From positions 5,092 through 69,091 of the forward strand of contig CAZNNQ010000005.1 in the NCBI GenBank assembly GCA_964574445.1: a stretch of 64,000 bases of DNA. The letters run 5' to 3'. A program made the translations under genes and the position numbers. Below, piece by piece: positions 19,168 to 29,618 of the stretch. The notes below the pieces were generated by a model that was not told the origin of the DNA, did no database searches, and saw nothing but the letters and a program-made list of their open reading frames with translations. The DNA comes from an uncultured Eubacteriales bacterium (GTDB lineage Bacteria; Bacillota; Peptococcia; Peptococcales; SKKY01). Each line of letters starts with the position of its first letter. The stretch's first letter is position 1.

Positions 19168-20197
19168 AAAGAGTAGAAAAATGAGTCAAAAAAAACTTTT
19201 ATTATTTGTTGAGGATTTAAAACTATCACTTGAATCAGGGTTGACCATAATAGAAGCCTTGGAAATATCAGGCGAAAATACTGAAGACAGTGACATCTTG
19301 AAAAGATGCAAAGATATGCACTGTAATCTTAAAAAAGGGGAAAATCTTACTACTTCCTGGAATTTATCGTTTCCAGAGGAGATAAATGAAACAGGAAATT
19401 TACTATCAATCTACGAAGAAAGTGGAGCAATATCTCAAGGATTTGGGAAGATTGCTTCCTATTTACAAGAAAGAATATATATTAAAAAAAAGTTATTTAA
19501 AAAATTATATTATCCTAGCTTTGTTTTTCTATTGTCGGTGGGAGTTTTAATTTGGTTTATTAACTTTTTTATTCCTTCTATGATTGAAATGTTAAAAGAT
19601 GTCTTAGTTGCTGAAGAGTATTATAAATTAACAAATGTTTTCAAGAAGATTAGGTTGGGGGTTAATGGTAGTGCTGTTTTTAGTTTATTGTTTGCATTAT
19701 ATCTCTGTATATCAAAAAGGGGTCGAGAAAAAACATTAAAAAAACTTTATAAAATAAAAATTTTTAGAAAAATAATTAGTACATTTTATTTGGAAGCATT
19801 TTCCAATCACTTTTTTCATCTTATTAAAAGTGGGTTTTCTGTAATAAAGATATTAGATATATTAAAAAAAGATTCATTTTTTAAGTTTTGCTGGGAAGAT
19901 ACGAATGAATGTATAAGGATTATTTTAAAAGGACAGCCATTGAGTGTTGGAATGAAAGGTTATAGTTTTATTGGAAAAAAGGAGATAGAAATAATAAAAA
20001 AAGGTGAACTAAGGGGAACTTTAGAAGAAGCATTTGATAATATCAATAAATATTCTAAAAAGAAAAAGAATTTCTATTTTAGTGAAATGCTTTCCTATAG
20101 TGAACCCTTTATTATTATCTTTGCCGGAATAATATCTGGTGTTTCTGTATATATGTTTTATAAAATTTTATTTTCTTTTACCTTTACTTTAATATGA
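19109..20197 (+). CDS. type II secretion system F-family platform protein (PilC/ComGB)
   Basis: Polytopic membrane protein located after the ATPase. The start is uncertain: in-frame ATGs occur at 19124, 19142 and 19181, and only 19181 avoids overlap with the upstream gene. Confidence 0.8.
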   Translation: MKKLKMEKPISMNIRGSLFKKSRKMSQKKLLLFVEDLKLSLESGLTIIEALEISGENTEDSDILKRCKDMHCNLKKGENLTTSWNLSFPEEINETGNLLSIYEESGAISQGFGKIASYLQERIYIKKKLFKKLYYPSFVFLLSVGVLIWFINFFIPSMIEMLKDVLVAEEYYKLTNVFKKIRLGVNGSAVFSLLFALYLCISKRGREKTLKKLYKIKIFRKIISTFYLEAFSNHFFHLIKSGFSVIKILDILKKDSFFKFCWEDTNECIRIILKGQPLSVGMKGYSFIGKKEIEIIKKGELRGTLEEAFDNINKYSKKKKNFYFSEMLSYSEPFIIIFAGIISGVSVYMFYKILFSFTFTLI

Positions 20198-20201
20198 GGG
20201 A

Positions 20202-20555
20202 GTGATTTTTTTGAATAAAAAAAATGATGGTTTTACAATGATTGAGATTTTAATTGTTGTTGTTATTATAGGTTTACTTTCAAATATGGCAATTGTAAAT
20301 TACGGGCAAAAAACTAAAGATGCTGAAGAGGTTGTTGAACAGGGGAATATGGTAAATGTAATGACAGCAATTGAATTGTACTATCTTGATAATGGATTTT
20401 ATCCAGATGATTCTCTTGAAGGATCCCTTAATGTTCTTCTTGGAGAAGGGGGAAATACTAGTTATTTAAAAATGAAAGAAGAGGATTTGAACAACTATGA
20501 CTATGTTTTATCTGAAGATAAAATAAGTTATACTGTTAGCATTAAAGAAAGCTGA
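20202..20555 (+). CDS. major (pseudo)pilin with a prepilin-type N-terminal cleavage/methylation signal (ComGC/PilA-like)
   Basis: NDG|FTMIEILIVVVIIGLL: class III signal with Glu at +5. Confidence 0.85.
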   Translation: MIFLNKKNDGFTMIEILIVVVIIGLLSNMAIVNYGQKTKDAEEVVEQGNMVNVMTAIELYYLDNGFYPDDSLEGSLNVLLGEGGNTSYLKMKEEDLNNYDYVLSEDKISYTVSIKES

Positions 20556-20580
20556 TTAAAAAAGGGAAAGAGGGATATTC

Positions 20581-21339
20581 TTGGATCTTATTTTTACATT
20601 TATATTTGGATTACTAATAGGGAGTTTCTTAAATGTAATAATTTATAGGTTACCACGTGAAGAAAGTATTGCATTTCCACCTTCACATTGTACCGAGTGT
20701 GGATGGAAAATAAAGCCTTGGGAAAATATTCCTCTTATCTCTTATCTCTTCTTAAAAGGAAAATGTTCTAGTTGCAAAACAAAGATTTCCCCGATCTACC
20801 CATTTGTAGAATTTTTAACAGGGGTGCTGTATGTTCTAGTTTACCTAAGATATTCATTTACGGTGGAAGGATATATAGGAATAATATTTGTGTCTTTATT
20901 AATATGTATCTTTTTTATCGACCTTAAGCACTATATAATACCGGACAGTATATTATTAATTATATTATTTTTAAGCATTGGGAAAATATTAGTTGTTAAA
21001 GAACCTACTTTTTGGAATGGAATAATAACAATGATAATTACTTTTGTTATATTTTATCTTTTATTTATCCTTTCAAATGAAAAGTTTGGTGGCGGAGATG
21101 TTAAACTTTTTACAGTACTGGGTTTATTTTTTGGATGGCCACAAATAAATTTGTTAATAATTTTAGCTAGTATCTCTGGATTACTCATTGGAGGAGGTTT
21201 AATTCTTCTTCGAATTACAAAGAGAGAAGATCCCATACCATTTGGTCCTTTTATAGTATTTTCTTCAATAATTACACTATTTTATGGAGAAGAAATATGG
21301 CGAATATACGAAGAACTAATTTTGGTTTCACTTTTATAG
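20581..21339 (+). CDS. pilD: prepilin peptidase (A24 family, PilD/ComC)
   Basis: 252 aa. N-terminal Cys pairs (CTECG...CSSCK), multiple TM segments, and a GGGDVKL catalytic Asp motif. Confidence 0.9.
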   Translation: MDLIFTFIFGLLIGSFLNVIIYRLPREESIAFPPSHCTECGWKIKPWENIPLISYLFLKGKCSSCKTKISPIYPFVEFLTGVLYVLVYLRYSFTVEGYIGIIFVSLLICIFFIDLKHYIIPDSILLIILFLSIGKILVVKEPTFWNGIITMIITFVIFYLLFILSNEKFGGGDVKLFTVLGLFFGWPQINLLIILASISGLLIGGGLILLRITKREDPIPFGPFIVFSSIITLFYGEEIWRIYEELILVSLL

Positions 21340-21779
21340 AAACAATTTCAGTTGTAGTAATTACAACTATAATCTTTAGTCTTTCAACGGTGACTGCATT
21401 AGAGATGTTCAATAAAATAAAATTGGAAAAAGCAGTATATAGCATGTACAGTGATATCTGCAGTTTAAGAAATGAGAGTATTTTTACTCTTAAGCCCACG
21501 AGGGTTAGATTCTATTTAAATTACAATAATACCGGGCGAAGCGCATATGTCCTACAGACTTTAAACAATAACATTTGGAAAACAAATAAAAGAATTATAT
21601 TGGATAAAAACCAGAAAATATTTTCTCTTACATTCCCAGGAGGCTCTGTTAATCAGAGCTTTTCTTTTCATGGTACCCCACTTTATTCAGGAAGTGTTGG
21701 TATGAAAGGATCTTTGGGTGAGATATATTATCTGGTTTTTTATAATTCGGGAAGGATAAGGATCAAGGAAAGTGTTTAA
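21297..21779 (+). CDS. minor pseudopilin (ComGD/GspH-like)
   Basis: RRTNFG|FTFIETISVVVI prepilin signal. It overlaps the end of pilD. Confidence 0.7.
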   Translation: MANIRRTNFGFTFIETISVVVITTIIFSLSTVTALEMFNKIKLEKAVYSMYSDICSLRNESIFTLKPTRVRFYLNYNNTGRSAYVLQTLNNNIWKTNKRIILDKNQKIFSLTFPGGSVNQSFSFHGTPLYSGSVGMKGSLGEIYYLVFYNSGRIRIKESV

Positions 21780-22116
21780 TAAAAAAGGGCAAATATATAT
21801 GTCAGTACTTGTAGTTTTTCTATTATTAATAGGTACAACCTGGAATTTATATTTTTTTATTTCTAATTATAAAAATCAGAGGGAAATATTTGATAGGAAC
21901 ACGGAAATTTTTAATAATTGCTTATTAATAAGTAAGGAAAATTGTTTTAAATATAATTCTCTAGGTAGTATTTATATAAATGATGTTTTATATACTATTT
22001 CAAAGGATGAACATGATTCCTTATTAAAAGTTACCGTTTCAGCTTATGAAAATACCATACTGAAAGAAAAAATCAGCAGATATAAATATGTTAACCAAGG
22101 GGTGTTAGATGAATAA
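21772..22116 (+). CDS. pilus-operon small membrane-anchored protein (ComGE/GF-like), hypothetical
   Basis: 114 aa with one N-terminal hydrophobic helix and no Glu at +5. The call rests on operon position only. Confidence 0.5.
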   Translation: MFNKKGQIYMSVLVVFLLLIGTTWNLYFFISNYKNQREIFDRNTEIFNNCLLISKENCFKYNSLGSIYINDVLYTISKDEHDSLLKVTVSAYENTILKEKISRYKYVNQGVLDE

Positions 22117-22594
22117 TATAAATAATAAAGGTACAACTTTTGTAGAGATTATTTCAGCAACTGTGATTTTATTGTTTATGTTTCAGATGATGTTTAATTT
22201 GTTTATTATTCAAAAAAAATTTGGAGAAGATAATTATATGTCAGGAGAATATAGGCGACAAATACATTTTGCTAAAAATTATTTAAGCAGGGATTTTTTT
22301 GAAAGTTTTTCAGCAAGAAAAGTAGAATCAGAAAAACTTGAAATTACTAGTAGTTCTGGTGAAGTAATCACTTATTATCTTGGAGTTGATCCCTATGGCA
22401 AAGAAAGTTGGAAGGGTAAGTCAGAAAAAACATTATATAGAAAGAAAACGGGAGAAAACGCACAACCATTAACTCAATATTGTGATTTATTTATTGTAAA
22501 TGAATCTTTTGAAGATAATCTTCACGTTATAAAGACAGAATTCGGTGGCGGTAATAGAAAAATTTTTATGGAAGGGTATTATTATGAAAATTAG
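22109..22594 (+). CDS. minor pseudopilin
   Basis: NNKG|TTFVEIISATVILL prepilin signal with Glu at +5. Confidence 0.65.
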   Translation: MNNINNKGTTFVEIISATVILLFMFQMMFNLFIIQKKFGEDNYMSGEYRRQIHFAKNYLSRDFFESFSARKVESEKLEITSSSGEVITYYLGVDPYGKESWKGKSEKTLYRKKTGENAQPLTQYCDLFIVNESFEDNLHVIKTEFGGGNRKIFMEGYYYEN

Positions 22595-22946
22595 TTACTT
22601 TTTAATTATGTTTTTTCTTATAAATTTTAGTGCTGTAAGTGTTATGAGTGAATTTTCAAAAGGCATTCATGAGGAGAAATTATATTTGGACAAAGAACAT
22701 TCAAGAGTTCTTGCTGAGTCTGGAGGGGAGATAGCGCTGAGCAAAATATTTAGTGAGGAACCCACTGGAACTTTTGCATATAAAGAAGATATCGGCGAGA
22801 TAAAAATTTCGATAGAAGAAGAAGAGGAGAGCACATTTTTAATAAAATCTGCTGGATTTTTCGGAAGAGGAAAAACTGAAGTTGAAATAAAAGTAAAAAT
22901 AACAGAGGAAAATAATCTTGAAACTAATGAAAAGAAAATGTGGTAA
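22584..22946 (+). CDS. pilus-operon terminal protein (ComGG-like), hypothetical
   Basis: I prefer ATG 22584 (MKISYFLIMFFLINF), which lies after GGAAGGG. It has an N-terminal hydrophobic helix and is the last gene of the operon. Confidence 0.5.
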   Translation: MKISYFLIMFFLINFSAVSVMSEFSKGIHEEKLYLDKEHSRVLAESGGEIALSKIFSEEPTGTFAYKEDIGEIKISIEEEEESTFLIKSAGFFGRGKTEVEIKVKITEENNLETNEKKMW

Positions 22947-23008
22947 CCCTTACAATTAGAGGCTTCCTATGATATATTTTAAAAAAGAAAAAAATAGGAG
23001 GGAAAAAG

Positions 23009-23452
23009 ATGAAAATTATGGTAATTAACGGACCGAATCTAAATATGTTAGGGAAAAGAGACCCTCTTGTATATGGAAAAATGTCTTTACTTGATATTCA
23101 AGAAAAAATCATAGAACATGGAAAAAATCTTGGATTAACCTTCGAATTTTTTCAAAGCAATCATGAAGGAGAAATAATAGATAAAATTCATAAAAGTGCT
23201 GATTGGGCAGAATATGTAATTATTAACCCTGGTGCTTATACTCACTATAGTATTGCAATTAGAGATGCAATAGACTCTGTACCTTCAAAATTTATCGAAG
23301 TTCATTTAAGTAATATTCATGCGCGTGAAGAATTTAGAAAAAAGTCAGTGCTTGCTCCAGTTTGTAGAGGGCAAATAACAGGATTTGGATATCAGGGATA
23401 CTTGATGGCTGTTGATTTTATATATAGGGAAAAGAATGATGAACAAAAATAA
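23009..23452 (+). CDS. aroQ: type II 3-dehydroquinate dehydratase
   Basis: MKIMVINGPNLNMLGKRDPLVYG at the N-terminus and the HLSNIHAREEFR motif. Confidence 0.95.
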   Translation: MKIMVINGPNLNMLGKRDPLVYGKMSLLDIQEKIIEHGKNLGLTFEFFQSNHEGEIIDKIHKSADWAEYVIINPGAYTHYSIAIRDAIDSVPSKFIEVHLSNIHAREEFRKKSVLAPVCRGQITGFGYQGYLMAVDFIYREKNDEQK

Positions 23453-24521
23453 AAGAATTCTTAAAGTAATTGGTTGGTTGAGTGAAGAAGGATTAGATTG
23501 TTTTCTAATAAAGAATCCAAAAAATGTTTTTTATTTATCTGGATTAAAAAGTTCAAATGCCTGGATTCTTATTTATAAGAACAAAGCCTGGTTTATTACA
23601 GATTTTAGATATATAGAAATTGCTAAAAAAGAACTATCAGATTTTTTTGAGATAGAAGATCTAGATAGAAAAAGTATTTCCTATACATTAAATAAAATTA
23701 TTGGCTTTAATTCAGATATAAAAATGGGCTTTGAAACACATAATTTAACATATTTTGAATATAAATCTCTTTCAGAGGAACTTAATAAAAATATTGCCCT
23801 TCACCCTACGGAAGAGGGGGTAGAGCGTTTTAGAAGAATAAAAGATTATCAAGAGATATCCTTTATTAAAGAAGCACAAAAAATTTCTGAAAGAGCTTTA
23901 ACAGAAACAATGAACTTTATTCAACAAGGGCAAGAGGAAAAGAAAATACAAAGAATTTTAGAAAAATATTTATTTGATTTTGGAGCCGAAGATCTTGCTT
24001 TCAAAACAATTGTTGCTGCGGGAAAAAGAGGTTCTTTGCCTCATGCAGTCCCATCTAATTATAAAATTAAGGAAGGGGATTTTGTTACAATTGACATGGG
24101 ATGTAAATATTTTGGATATTGTTCTGATATGACTAGAACTTTTGCAGTAGGAAATGTTGAAGAATATAAAAGAAAAATATATAATATAGTATTGAAAGCT
24201 CAAAATGTAGCTTTAAAAGAAATAAAAGCAGGAAAATTAACAAAAGATATTGATAAAATTAGTAGAGATATTATTGAAACTGAAGGTTTTGGTCAATATT
24301 TTGGTCATGGACTTGGCCACAGTCTTGGTATCGAAGTTCATGAAGCACCATCTTTTTCTCCTTTGTCCAAAGATATCCTAGAGGAAGATATGGTTATGAC
24401 TGTTGAACCTGGGATTTATATTCCTAATTCATTTGGATTAAGAATTGAAGATTTGGTTGTAGTAAAAAAAGATGGAATTGAAAATCTTACAGAAATGAAA
24501 AAAGACTTAATTATTCTTTAA
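23436..24521 (+). CDS. pepP: Xaa-Pro aminopeptidase (M24B)
   Basis: [13 protein letters not shown] and TVEPGIY metal-site motifs. The start is set at ATG 23436. Confidence 0.85.
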   Translation: MMNKNKRILKVIGWLSEEGLDCFLIKNPKNVFYLSGLKSSNAWILIYKNKAWFITDFRYIEIAKKELSDFFEIEDLDRKSISYTLNKIIGFNSDIKMGFETHNLTYFEYKSLSEELNKNIALHPTEEGVERFRRIKDYQEISFIKEAQKISERALTETMNFIQQGQEEKKIQRILEKYLFDFGAEDLAFKTIVAAGKRGSLPHAVPSNYKIKEGDFVTIDMGCKYFGYCSDMTRTFAVGNVEEYKRKIYNIVLKAQNVALKEIKAGKLTKDIDKISRDIIETEGFGQYFGHGLGHSLGIEVHEAPSFSPLSKDILEEDMVMTVEPGIYIPNSFGLRIEDLVVVKKDGIENLTEMKKDLIIL

Positions 24522-24550
24522 ATCAAAAAAATAAAAGGGTGGATGAATTA

Positions 24551-25108
24551 ATGATTTCAACAAGTGATTTTAAAACCGGACTTACAATTGAGATTGATGG
24601 TGATCCTTTTCAAGTTGTAGAGTTTCAACACGTAAAACCAGGTAAAGGTGCTGCTTTTGTAAGAGCTAAATTAAGAAATTTGAGATCTGGATCAACAACT
24701 GAAAAAACTTTTAGGGCAGGAGAAAAATTGCCTAAAGCACCAATTGAAAGAAAAGAGATGCAATATCTTTATAATGATGGTGAAAGTTATGTTTTCATGG
24801 ATAACGAGTCATATGAACAAATTAATGTATCCGAAGAAAAACTTGATGGTGCAGAGAAATTCTTAGTTGAAAATATGGATTGTTCTGTTGCATTCTATCA
24901 TGGAGAGATAATTGCTCTGGAAGTACCAAATACGGTAATACTTGAGGTTGTAGAAACAGAACCAGGTATAAAAGGAGACACAGCTTCAGGTGGCACAAAG
25001 CCGGCTAAACTTCAAACTGGTATTACAGTTCAAGTTCCCTTCTTTGTTAATGAGGGCGAAAAAATAAAAGTTGATACTCGCACAGGTTTTTATATTGAAA
25101 GAGCTTAG
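24551..25108 (+). CDS. efp: translation elongation factor P
   Basis: [17 protein letters not shown]...[19 protein letters not shown] 24551 lies 9 nt after GGGTGG and matches the canonical EF-P N-terminus. Confidence 0.95.
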   Translation: MISTSDFKTGLTIEIDGDPFQVVEFQHVKPGKGAAFVRAKLRNLRSGSTTEKTFRAGEKLPKAPIERKEMQYLYNDGESYVFMDNESYEQINVSEEKLDGAEKFLVENMDCSVAFYHGEIIALEVPNTVILEVVETEPGIKGDTASGGTKPAKLQTGITVQVPFFVNEGEKIKVDTRTGFYIERA

Positions 25109-25117
25109 GTAGTATAA

Positions 25118-25459
25118 ATGATTAATTCTATTACGGGAGAAAAAATTACCCAAAAAAGAATAATTAAGAGAACCATGGAGATACTTTTTTCAATAGATGG
25201 TGTTGAAGATACTGTTGGAAATCTTACAAATGATATTGTAAAGATATTTGGAAAAGATACTCAATTAAAAGGAGTTAATATTGAAGAAATCGGAGAAAGC
25301 GAGATTCGTCTTGAAATTTTTATAAAGACAAATATTGGCTATCCTATACCCAAAATTGCTCAAATGGCTCAAAGAAAGATTAAAGAAGAGATCGAAGATT
25401 ATTATAAGATAAAAGTTGCAAGTGTAGATGTAAATGTTATGGAAGTACAATTTGAATAA
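25118..25459 (+). CDS. Asp23/Gls24-family envelope stress protein
   Basis: 113 aa. The sequence and the position immediately before nusB match the conserved Firmicutes arrangement. Confidence 0.65.
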   Translation: MINSITGEKITQKRIIKRTMEILFSIDGVEDTVGNLTNDIVKIFGKDTQLKGVNIEEIGESEIRLEIFIKTNIGYPIPKIAQMAQRKIKEEIEDYYKIKVASVDVNVMEVQFE

Positions 25460-25494
25460 GCACAAATAGAGATAAATAATTATTAGCAAAATGT

Positions 25495-25520
25495 GCCCTT
25501 TTTAAAAAAGGGCTTTTTTT
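25495..25520 (+). terminator. intrinsic terminator
   Basis: GCCCTTTTT/AAAAAGGGC hairpin followed by T7. Confidence 0.7.
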
Positions 25521-25536
25521 CGATAGGAGTGAAATA

Positions 25537-25935
25537 GTGGTTAAGAGAGAAGCCAGGGAAAGAACCCTAGTTGCCTTATATCAGATGGATGTTATTGATG
25601 CCGAACCCATGGATGCATTAATGAAAAGATATGAATATGATGATGTGAAGCCTTTAAACTTGTCAATTGAACTTGTAAAAGGCATTATGGAGAATTTGAA
25701 GTTCATTGATGAATCGATAAAAAAATATTCTAAGGAATGGGATATTGGAAGATTCTCTAATATTGATAGAAATATTCTTAGAATTGCAATTTATGAAATT
25801 CACTTCATGGAAAAGATACCTTTTAAAGTAAGCATCAATGAAGCTGTTGAGTTGGCTAAACTATACAGTACCGAAGAGGCATATAAATTTATTAATGGGA
25901 TTCTAGCTCAGGTGATAAAGGAACTTGAAAATTAA
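25537..25935 (+). CDS. nusB: transcription antitermination factor NusB
   Basis: 132 aa. Contains REARERTLVALYQMD and INEAVELAKLY motifs. Confidence 0.9.
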   Translation: MVKREARERTLVALYQMDVIDAEPMDALMKRYEYDDVKPLNLSIELVKGIMENLKFIDESIKKYSKEWDIGRFSNIDRNILRIAIYEIHFMEKIPFKVSINEAVELAKLYSTEEAYKFINGILAQVIKELEN

Positions 25936-25949
25936 GGAGGAGAGTTATT

Positions 25950-26804
25950 TTGTATAAAGTACTCGAAAAGAAAGTATTAGCAGAAGGTCTTTATGAAATG
26001 AAAATAAGTGCCCCTGACTTTGCGAAAAAGGCCAAGGCAGGACATTTCCTGATTATTAAAGTTGCAGAAAAAGGAGAAAGAATACCACTAACAGTTGCTG
26101 ACTTTGATTCAGAAGAAGGAACAGTAACAATTGTCTTTGCAGCTATTGGTGTTTCCACTGAAAGAATAGCAGAATTAGAAGTTGGAGATGAAGTTATGGA
26201 CTTTACTGGTCCTCTAGGAGAACCAAGTGAAGTTGAAAACTTTGGAACGGTTGTTATGGTAGGAGGAGGAGTTGGAATAGCTCCAGTTTACCCTATCGCT
26301 AAAGCACTTAAAGAAGCCGGAAATAGAATTATAAGTATTATTGGTGCAAGAAACTCAGATCTTTTAATGTGGGAAGACAAAATGGGGGAAATCAGCGATG
26401 AGCTACACATCGCTACAGATGATGGTTCAAAAGGCAGAAAAGGTTTTGTTACAGATATATTAAATGAATTAATGGATAAAGAAAAAATAGATAGGGTTTG
26501 GGCAATTGGTCCAGTACCTATGATGAAAGCTGTAACTAATCTAACTAGAGATAAGATTAAAACTATTGTAAGCATGAACCCAATAATGGTTGACGGAACA
26601 GGGATGTGCGGAGCTTGCAGAGTTTCTGTTGGAAATGAAACAAAGTTTGCCTGTGTTGATGGTCCGGAATTTGACGGACATTTAGTAGATTTTGATCTTG
26701 CGGTAAGGAGACTTGCTTACTATAAAGATGAAGAAAAAACAGCACTTGAAATAAAACATCATGGACATAGTCATGGAGGTGGATGCAATTGTCAAAACAA
26801 ATAG
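25950..26804 (+). CDS. nfnA: ferredoxin-NADP+ reductase-like FAD/[2Fe-2S] subunit (NfnA / sulfide dehydrogenase subunit type)
   Basis: 284 aa. Contains RIPLTVADF and GGGVGIAP motifs, plus a C-terminal CGACRV...C cluster. It is paired with a GltD-like subunit. Confidence 0.8.
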   Translation: MYKVLEKKVLAEGLYEMKISAPDFAKKAKAGHFLIIKVAEKGERIPLTVADFDSEEGTVTIVFAAIGVSTERIAELEVGDEVMDFTGPLGEPSEVENFGTVVMVGGGVGIAPVYPIAKALKEAGNRIISIIGARNSDLLMWEDKMGEISDELHIATDDGSKGRKGFVTDILNELMDKEKIDRVWAIGPVPMMKAVTNLTRDKIKTIVSMNPIMVDGTGMCGACRVSVGNETKFACVDGPEFDGHLVDFDLAVRRLAYYKDEEKTALEIKHHGHSHGGGCNCQNK

Positions 26805-26818
26805 GTGAAAGACATGAA

Positions 26819-28186
26819 ATGCCTTTACAAGACCCGGAAATCAGAAGAACTAATTTTGATGAAGTTGCTCTTGGATATGATGATGAAGCTGCATTAGCTG
26901 AAGCCCAACGTTGTTTAAACTGTAAGGCTAGATTTTGTGTCAAAGGATGTCCTGTAGAAATAGATATTCCGGAATTTATCCAGGAAATTGTTAAAGGGAA
27001 TCTTCCTGAAGCATATAGAATATTAAAAAATAAAAATAATCTTCCTGCAGTTTGTGGAAGGGTTTGCCCACAAGAAGTTCAGTGTGAAGCAAGTTGTATT
27101 CTTCAAAAGAAAGGTGTTCCCATTGCAATTGGAAGACTTGAAAGATATGTAGCAGATTGGGCAAGAAAAAATGTAAAGGATGAGTTACCAGAAAATATGC
27201 CTCAAGGAGCTAAAGTTGCTGTAATTGGCGCTGGTCCTTCTGGTTTAACTTGTGCAGGAGACCTTGCAAAAATGGGGTATCAGGTAACAGTTTTTGAAGC
27301 ACTGCATACTCCAGGTGGAGTTTTGATGTATGGTATTCCGGAATTCAGACTTCCAAAAGAAATAGTTAGAAGAGAAATTGCTCAAATTGAAATGTCAGGG
27401 GTAACAATTAAGACAGGTAATGTAATTGGCAAATTATTTACAGTAGAAGAGTTACTAGAAAATGGTTTTGATGCAGTGTACATTTCTACGGGTGCTGGTT
27501 TACCATACTTTATGGATATACCAGGAGAAAATTTAAATGGTGTATATTCTGCAAATGAATTTTTAACTAGAACAAACTTAATGTGTGCCTATGAATTTCC
27601 AAATGCTTGTACTCCAATAAAAGTTGGTAAAAAAGTTGCGGTAGTTGGAGCAGGAAACGTAGCAATGGATGCTGCAAGAACAGCTTTAAGACTTGGAGCA
27701 GAAGAATCACATATTATTTATAGAAGATCTAGAAAAGAAATGCCAGCAAGGGTAGAAGAGTTAGAGCATGCTGAAGAAGAAGGGGTAATCTTCGATCTTC
27801 TTGTTAGCCCTATAGAAATTATTGGTGATGAAACTGGTAAAGTGTCAAAAATTAAATGTGTTCGTTATGAATTGGGAGAGCCAGATGCATCTGGAAGACA
27901 AACACCTATTGAAATACCTGGTTCAGAGTTTGAAATGGACGTAGATTCAGTTATTATGGCAATTGGACAGGGGCCTAACCCTCTCGTTACAAGAACAACC
28001 GAGGGCTTGGAATTGAATAAAAAAGGTACAATTAAAGCTTCAGAAGAAACAGGTGTTACATCAATTCCTGGAGTATTCGCTGGAGGAGATATTGTAACAG
28101 GAGCTGCAACAGTAATTCTTGCAATGGGAGCCGGTAAAAAAGCTGCTAGAGCTATTGATGAATATATAAAAAATAAGAAAAAGTAA
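26819..28186 (+). CDS. nfnB: NADPH-dependent glutamate synthase beta-chain-like oxidoreductase (NfnB)
   Basis: CLNCKARFCVKGCP, VAVIGAGPSGL and GGDIVTGAATVI motifs. I prefer ATG 26819, which lies after AGGTGA. Confidence 0.85.
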   Translation: MPLQDPEIRRTNFDEVALGYDDEAALAEAQRCLNCKARFCVKGCPVEIDIPEFIQEIVKGNLPEAYRILKNKNNLPAVCGRVCPQEVQCEASCILQKKGVPIAIGRLERYVADWARKNVKDELPENMPQGAKVAVIGAGPSGLTCAGDLAKMGYQVTVFEALHTPGGVLMYGIPEFRLPKEIVRREIAQIEMSGVTIKTGNVIGKLFTVEELLENGFDAVYISTGAGLPYFMDIPGENLNGVYSANEFLTRTNLMCAYEFPNACTPIKVGKKVAVVGAGNVAMDAARTALRLGAEESHIIYRRSRKEMPARVEELEHAEEEGVIFDLLVSPIEIIGDETGKVSKIKCVRYELGEPDASGRQTPIEIPGSEFEMDVDSVIMAIGQGPNPLVTRTTEGLELNKKGTIKASEETGVTSIPGVFAGGDIVTGAATVILAMGAGKKAARAIDEYIKNKKK

Positions 28187-28197
28187 GGTTAAATTTT

Positions 28198-29403
28198 ATG
28201 TCTGAACATATTTTTACTGTAAGAGAGATAAATCAATATATTAAAAACACACTAGAAAATGATCCCTTGTTGTCAAATTTTTGGCTCAAGGGTGAACTTT
28301 CAAATTTTTTAAGCCATTCTTCTGGGCATATGTATTTTACATTAAAGGATGAAACGGGAGCTATTAAATGTGTGATGTTTCGTTCAAGAACAAGTAGAGT
28401 TCGTTTTAGTCCTTCGAATGGCCAAAAAGTAATTGTTATGGGGTATATTTCTCTTTATGAAAAAGGAGGACAACATCAACTTTATGTTCAGGAAATGGTA
28501 GAAGATGGTATTGGAGATTTATATGAAAAATATGAAAAACTAAAGAAAAAATTGTCAGAGGAAGGTCTTTTTGCTGAGGAAAGAAAAAGGAACCTTCCTT
28601 TTTTTCCAAAAAGAGTTGGAATTGTAACATCACCTACAGGAGCAGCTGTTAGAGATATTATTACAGTAATACAGAGAAGGATGCCTAGTACGGAAATAAT
28701 TTTAGTACCAGCTTTGGTTCAGGGAACTGGATCTGCAGAATCGATAGTAGAAGGAATTAATAAAGTACTAAGATACAATCCGGAAATAATTATTACTGGT
28801 CGTGGTGGAGGATCTATAGAGGATTTGTGGGCATTTAACGAAGAAATCGTTGTAAGGAAAATTAGTGAGAGTCCCGTACCAGTTATTAGTGCTGTTGGTC
28901 ATGAAACAGACTTTACCCTTTCAGATTTTGCTGCTGATGTTAGGGCTGCCACTCCTTCAATTGCAGCAGAGCTGGCTGTTCCAAATAAAAAAGATCTAGA
29001 AGATATGCTTTGGCAAAAGGAAAGAAGACTTACAAAGAGTATGGAGAACTTTTTGGATGTTAAGAATAATATGTTAAAGGAAATTCTAAAAAGAAAAATT
29101 TTCCTATCTCCAGAAAGAATGTGGGAAAATAAAAATTTACAATTAGAGTATCTTAAAGAGAAATTAGTTCACAGACAGTTAAATTTATTAAAAGAGAAAA
29201 ATAGCCGCCTGGCAAATTCAGGGGAAAAAATAGATTTGTTAAGTCCTCTTAAAATCTTAGCTAGAGGATATTCTTTAACATTTACAGAAGATGGTACTTT
29301 AATAAAAAGTGCTGGTATTATAAAAAAAGAAGATAAGATAAAGGTAAAATTACATGAAGGAAATATTACTTGTAATGTATTAGAGGTGAATAAGGATGAG
29401 TAA
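28198..29403 (+). CDS. xseA: exodeoxyribonuclease VII large subunit
   Basis: 401 aa. OB-fold N-terminus (FWLKGELSNF) and GRGGGSIEDLWAFNEE motif. Confidence 0.95.
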   Translation: MSEHIFTVREINQYIKNTLENDPLLSNFWLKGELSNFLSHSSGHMYFTLKDETGAIKCVMFRSRTSRVRFSPSNGQKVIVMGYISLYEKGGQHQLYVQEMVEDGIGDLYEKYEKLKKKLSEEGLFAEERKRNLPFFPKRVGIVTSPTGAAVRDIITVIQRRMPSTEIILVPALVQGTGSAESIVEGINKVLRYNPEIIITGRGGGSIEDLWAFNEEIVVRKISESPVPVISAVGHETDFTLSDFAADVRAATPSIAAELAVPNKKDLEDMLWQKERRLTKSMENFLDVKNNMLKEILKRKIFLSPERMWENKNLQLEYLKEKLVHRQLNLLKEKNSRLANSGEKIDLLSPLKILARGYSLTFTEDGTLIKSAGIIKKEDKIKVKLHEGNITCNVLEVNKDE

Positions 29404-29617
29404 AAAAAATAGTTTTGAAGAGTCAATGGAAAACCTTGAAAAAATCATATCTCTTCTTGAACAAGGAGATGTAGACCTTGAAAAAAGTTTAGAATATTTT
29501 ACTCAAGGAATTGAGATGATTAAAAGTTGTAAAACTGAGTTAGTAAAAGCAGAAGAAAAGGTAAAAATACTTATAGAGGAAGAACTAGCAGACTTTTCCC
29601 AATTGAAAGGTGAGTAA
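29396..29617 (+). CDS. xseB: exodeoxyribonuclease VII small subunit
   Basis: 73 aa. FEESMENLEKIISLLEQGDVDLEKSL. It overlaps the xseA stop. Confidence 0.9.
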   Translation: MSKKNSFEESMENLEKIISLLEQGDVDLEKSLEYFTQGIEMIKSCKTELVKAEEKVKILIEEELADFSQLKGE

Positions 29618-29618
29618 A

